This document shows positions 43,041-45,424 of a DNA stretch of 45,424 nt, piece by piece (positions within the stretch are counted from its first letter, which is position 1; each line of letters opens with the position of its first letter). The notes beneath the pieces are model-generated. The model was not told the origin of the DNA and did not search any database. It saw only the letters and a program-made list of their open reading frames with translations. A program made the translations under genes and the position numbers. The DNA lies in the UHGV virus genome UHGV-0356033; one strand, written 5' to 3'. The DNA comes from a virus.

Positions 43041-45424
43041 ATGAAAGCGTATCCTTACGATCCTCGGGGGACGAAAGCCGAGAATCACTTCTTAGAGGAG
43101 CGTATCATCGGGTCAGAGAACAACAACGATCGGGTGGTGATTTTAGACCACCGCCCGTTCTTTGAAGATTTGGTCGTCAGACAACCAGGTTCAACCACCC
43201 CACTGAGTCGTGGGGTGGACTACGAACTGCAATATCAGCTGACGGAACTGGATGACTCGGTAGCAGCCAACGTGTATTGTGGGGTACACCTTATCAACCC
43301 ATCCATCAAAGGTATCGTAACCTTTGAAGGACAAATGCTCGGCGGTACGTTCTACGACCCGTTTGTTGATATTCTCGATGAACTGGTGAAATATTTGAAT
43401 AACCCAGTCAGTGCTGACTGGCTGTTATTAGACGGTAGACCATCGTTATATCCAGCGACGCCAGCAGCAACGTCCTGGGCGGATTTGCTGAACAAAAAAT
43501 ATTTAGCGTCGGCAGTTCACGATATTGAATTGAAAACCGACGACGCTAACCAGCTAATTAAAGACAAATTAGCTGAAGTTAAAGCGTTAGTGACTGCGTT
43601 GGGTAAAGAAATCGAAGCATTTAACTACCCGGCACATATCGCAGCGAAGAACCCGCACGAAACCACATCCGCGCAGATTAACGCGCATCCTGTTAACTTG
43701 AAAACACCCGACACCTTTATGGCGTACGGGTTAAAGTTGAAAGCACTGACGGATGAGCTGAAAGCGTTTCGTTTACCGCAGTCGGTTATCGATACGTATA
43801 TCTCTCACTGGATTTCTTCGGAAGTGCGGGGCGTGTTTAACTGTACGGTGTCAGGAAACCGCGCACAGTTCCGTTCGAAAAACGGTGAGTCCGAAATCAT
43901 TTTTGCCAACGATGGTTTTACGTTAAAATCCAACGGTTCTGTGGTATTAGCGGTAGGGCATCTGGAAGGTACGGGTGCAGGACGTTATATCAACTGGCGT
44001 GCCGGTAAAAACACATTACGCATCGAGTCAACAGGCGATGCTTTAGGGATGAACAAACTCACCCTGAACGGCAATCCGTTACTGACCACCACAGCGTTGA
44101 TGGAATACCAACAAGATCCAGATGCGGGCTCCGGTAGCGGTGGCGACCCTGATGACTCGAAGGTGTACATTGAAGGTCGTAATGGGATTAGCTTTACCGG
44201 TAAAGGTTCTCGCGCCGACCCTATCGTGGGGACTATCGACCCAACAAAAGCGACAACCGCCGAAAAAGGCGTCGCTAAACTTAAAACAGGTAAAGGTACA
44301 GAAACGACTGGGGTTGCTGCAACACCGGCTTCGTTAGCACCATACTCGACTGACCTATCGGGGTATGTGGCTAAAACGACCATGATTAACGGTAAGCCGA
44401 TGAATGACGGCTCCAGGACAATCACGAAAGCTGATCTGGGGTTAGGGCAAGCGGATAACACCGCAGACGTTGACAAGCCGTTGTCTACCGAGTTAAATAC
44501 GGCGCTTAGTGGTTTAGCGGATGCAGGTCACCACCACGATTGGTCGGAACTAGGCATTTATAAAGCCTCGCAAACCGTTTACGGTATCGGTCGTTACGCA
44601 ACTAACCAGAACGGTTTGGTTGAAAACCGTGCAGTGGTGCCGAACGTCTTAAAAGAACTTTCGGCGCGTTTAGATGTGGTTGCTGCGGCGATTGCAAACG
44701 CGAAAGAAGGGTCGGTAACGGATTTCGCTGCGGTAAAAGGCGCAGACTGGCGCTTTAATAGTCAGGGTACGGCAATCTCCGTCCAAGATTTGAAGTATTT
44801 CTATTTGCTGAACGGCGCGAAAGCTGATAGCGCCGTTACAGGTTCGATTGACCTGCAAACTACGCCGATGTTTAACTGGTTCTCACCGAACAACCAAATT
44901 GAGACGACCTGGCCTACGGGGAAAGTGAGCGCTGGTAAGGGCATTAACTGGACAGGTATTGAAGAACCACCACTAATGGGTTTCCAATCTGTTCCGGTAG
45001 GTAAAACCGCCTCACAGATGGGCGACCAGTCAGTTGTTACTGTGTTGGCAAAAACGCGGGTAAGGGCACGCCAGCCGAAGCTTTGGGTTTATGCCGCAGG
45101 AGGTGGTCCGGTTACAGTTTACATTAACGGTATCCAGGCAGCCACAGGCCAGTCTCCGCTCGTTGCAGTGTACGAAACATCAGCGGACGTTGAAAACTAC
45201 ACCGTAGCGGTTAAAGCTGAGTGTAGCGACACGGCTAAATCCGCAGCGGTGCAATTCGAAATTTACGACGGTGACTACCCCGTTTATTTCAGTGGCCCTG
45301 AAACGCACGTAGAGCTTCTCCAAGAGTTTGTTACAACACACGTAGGCATTCGTCATTATCTGTACGTTAACATGCTCACAGGCTCTCTGTATTCGCGTAC
45401 TGAGCCAATTCAGAGTATTGCAGT
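43041..45424 (+). CDS. tail fibre protein, 5' portion (794+ aa, continues beyond right edge)
   Basis: ATG 43041 with AAGGAG SD; SQTVYGIGRYATNQNGLVENRAVVPNVLKEL and TAEKGVAKLKTGKGTETTGVAATPASLAPY resemble the conserved repeat of T-even fibre proteins gp12/gp34 (from memory). Confidence 0.6.
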   Translation, partial: MKAYPYDPRGTKAENHFLEERIIGSENNNDRVVILDHRPFFEDLVVRQPGSTTPLSRGVDYELQYQLTELDDSVAANVYCGVHLINPSIKGIVTFEGQMLGGTFYDPFVDILDELVKYLNNPVSADWLLLDGRPSLYPATPAATSWADLLNKKYLASAVHDIELKTDDANQLIKDKLAEVKALVTALGKEIEAFNYPAHIAAKNPHETTSAQINAHPVNLKTPDTFMAYGLKLKALTDELKAFRLPQSVIDTYISHWISSEVRGVFNCTVSGNRAQFRSKNGESEIIFANDGFTLKSNGSVVLAVGHLEGTGAGRYINWRAGKNTLRIESTGDALGMNKLTLNGNPLLTTTALMEYQQDPDAGSGSGGDPDDSKVYIEGRNGISFTGKGSRADPIVGTIDPTKATTAEKGVAKLKTGKGTETTGVAATPASLAPYSTDLSGYVAKTTMINGKPMNDGSRTITKADLGLGQADNTADVDKPLSTELNTALSGLADAGHHHDWSELGIYKASQTVYGIGRYATNQNGLVENRAVVPNVLKELSARLDVVAAAIANAKEGSVTDFAAVKGADWRFNSQGTAISVQDLKYFYLLNGAKADSAVTGSIDLQTTPMFNWFSPNNQIETTWPTGKVSAGKGINWTGIEEPPLMGFQSVPVGKTASQMGDQSVVTVLAKTRVRARQPKLWVYAAGGGPVTVYINGIQAATGQSPLVAVYETSADVENYTVAVKAECSDTAKSAAVQFEIYDGDYPVYFSGPETHVELLQEFVTTHVGIRHYLYVNMLTGSLYSRTEPIQSIA

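Noticed and set aside
1-45424. CRISPR array, tRNA or rRNA genes
   Set aside because: No regularly spaced direct repeats; the repeated hairpins are isolated intergenic terminators; intergenic regions show no tRNA-like T-arm or acceptor-stem pattern by eye (tRNAscan not run)
1-45424. Prophage or mobile-element signatures (integrase, transposase, att sites)
   Set aside because: No recombinase-like ORFs or flanking direct repeats seen; gene organisation fits a lytic phage genome

Overview
This 45.4-kb window reads as part of a large virulent tailed-phage genome (Caudoviricetes, myovirus-like) from a Gram-negative, probably enterobacterial host. That is my inference from gene density, E. coli-type Shine-Dalgarno sites, about 43% GC by hand count, and tail-fibre genes; I could not run any database search. 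I found no tRNA, rRNA, CRISPR array, integrase or transposase. Positions 1-35618 are almost entirely leftward-transcribed, tightly packed genes, many translationally coupled and separated by intrinsic terminator hairpins. Recognisable products there are an RNase HI-domain fusion protein, a DEDDh 3'-5' exonuclease, a secreted lytic transglycosylase, a macro-domain-like protein, a GNAT acetyltransferase and a Rad50/SbcC-family ATPase with a zinc hook. Positions 35940-45424 are rightward tail genes, including a 1440-aa tail fibre and the start of a second, interrupted by a host-like DUF1471 (BhsA/McbA-like) gene boxed in by terminators. The strongest candidates for something undescribed are a tandem array of four divergent paralogues sharing a C-terminal GW...QLLF motif, a block of five consecutive small secreted Cys-containing proteins, and three tiny membrane peptides beside an orphan SbcC-like ATPase. 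Most proteins have no function I can assign from sequence alone.
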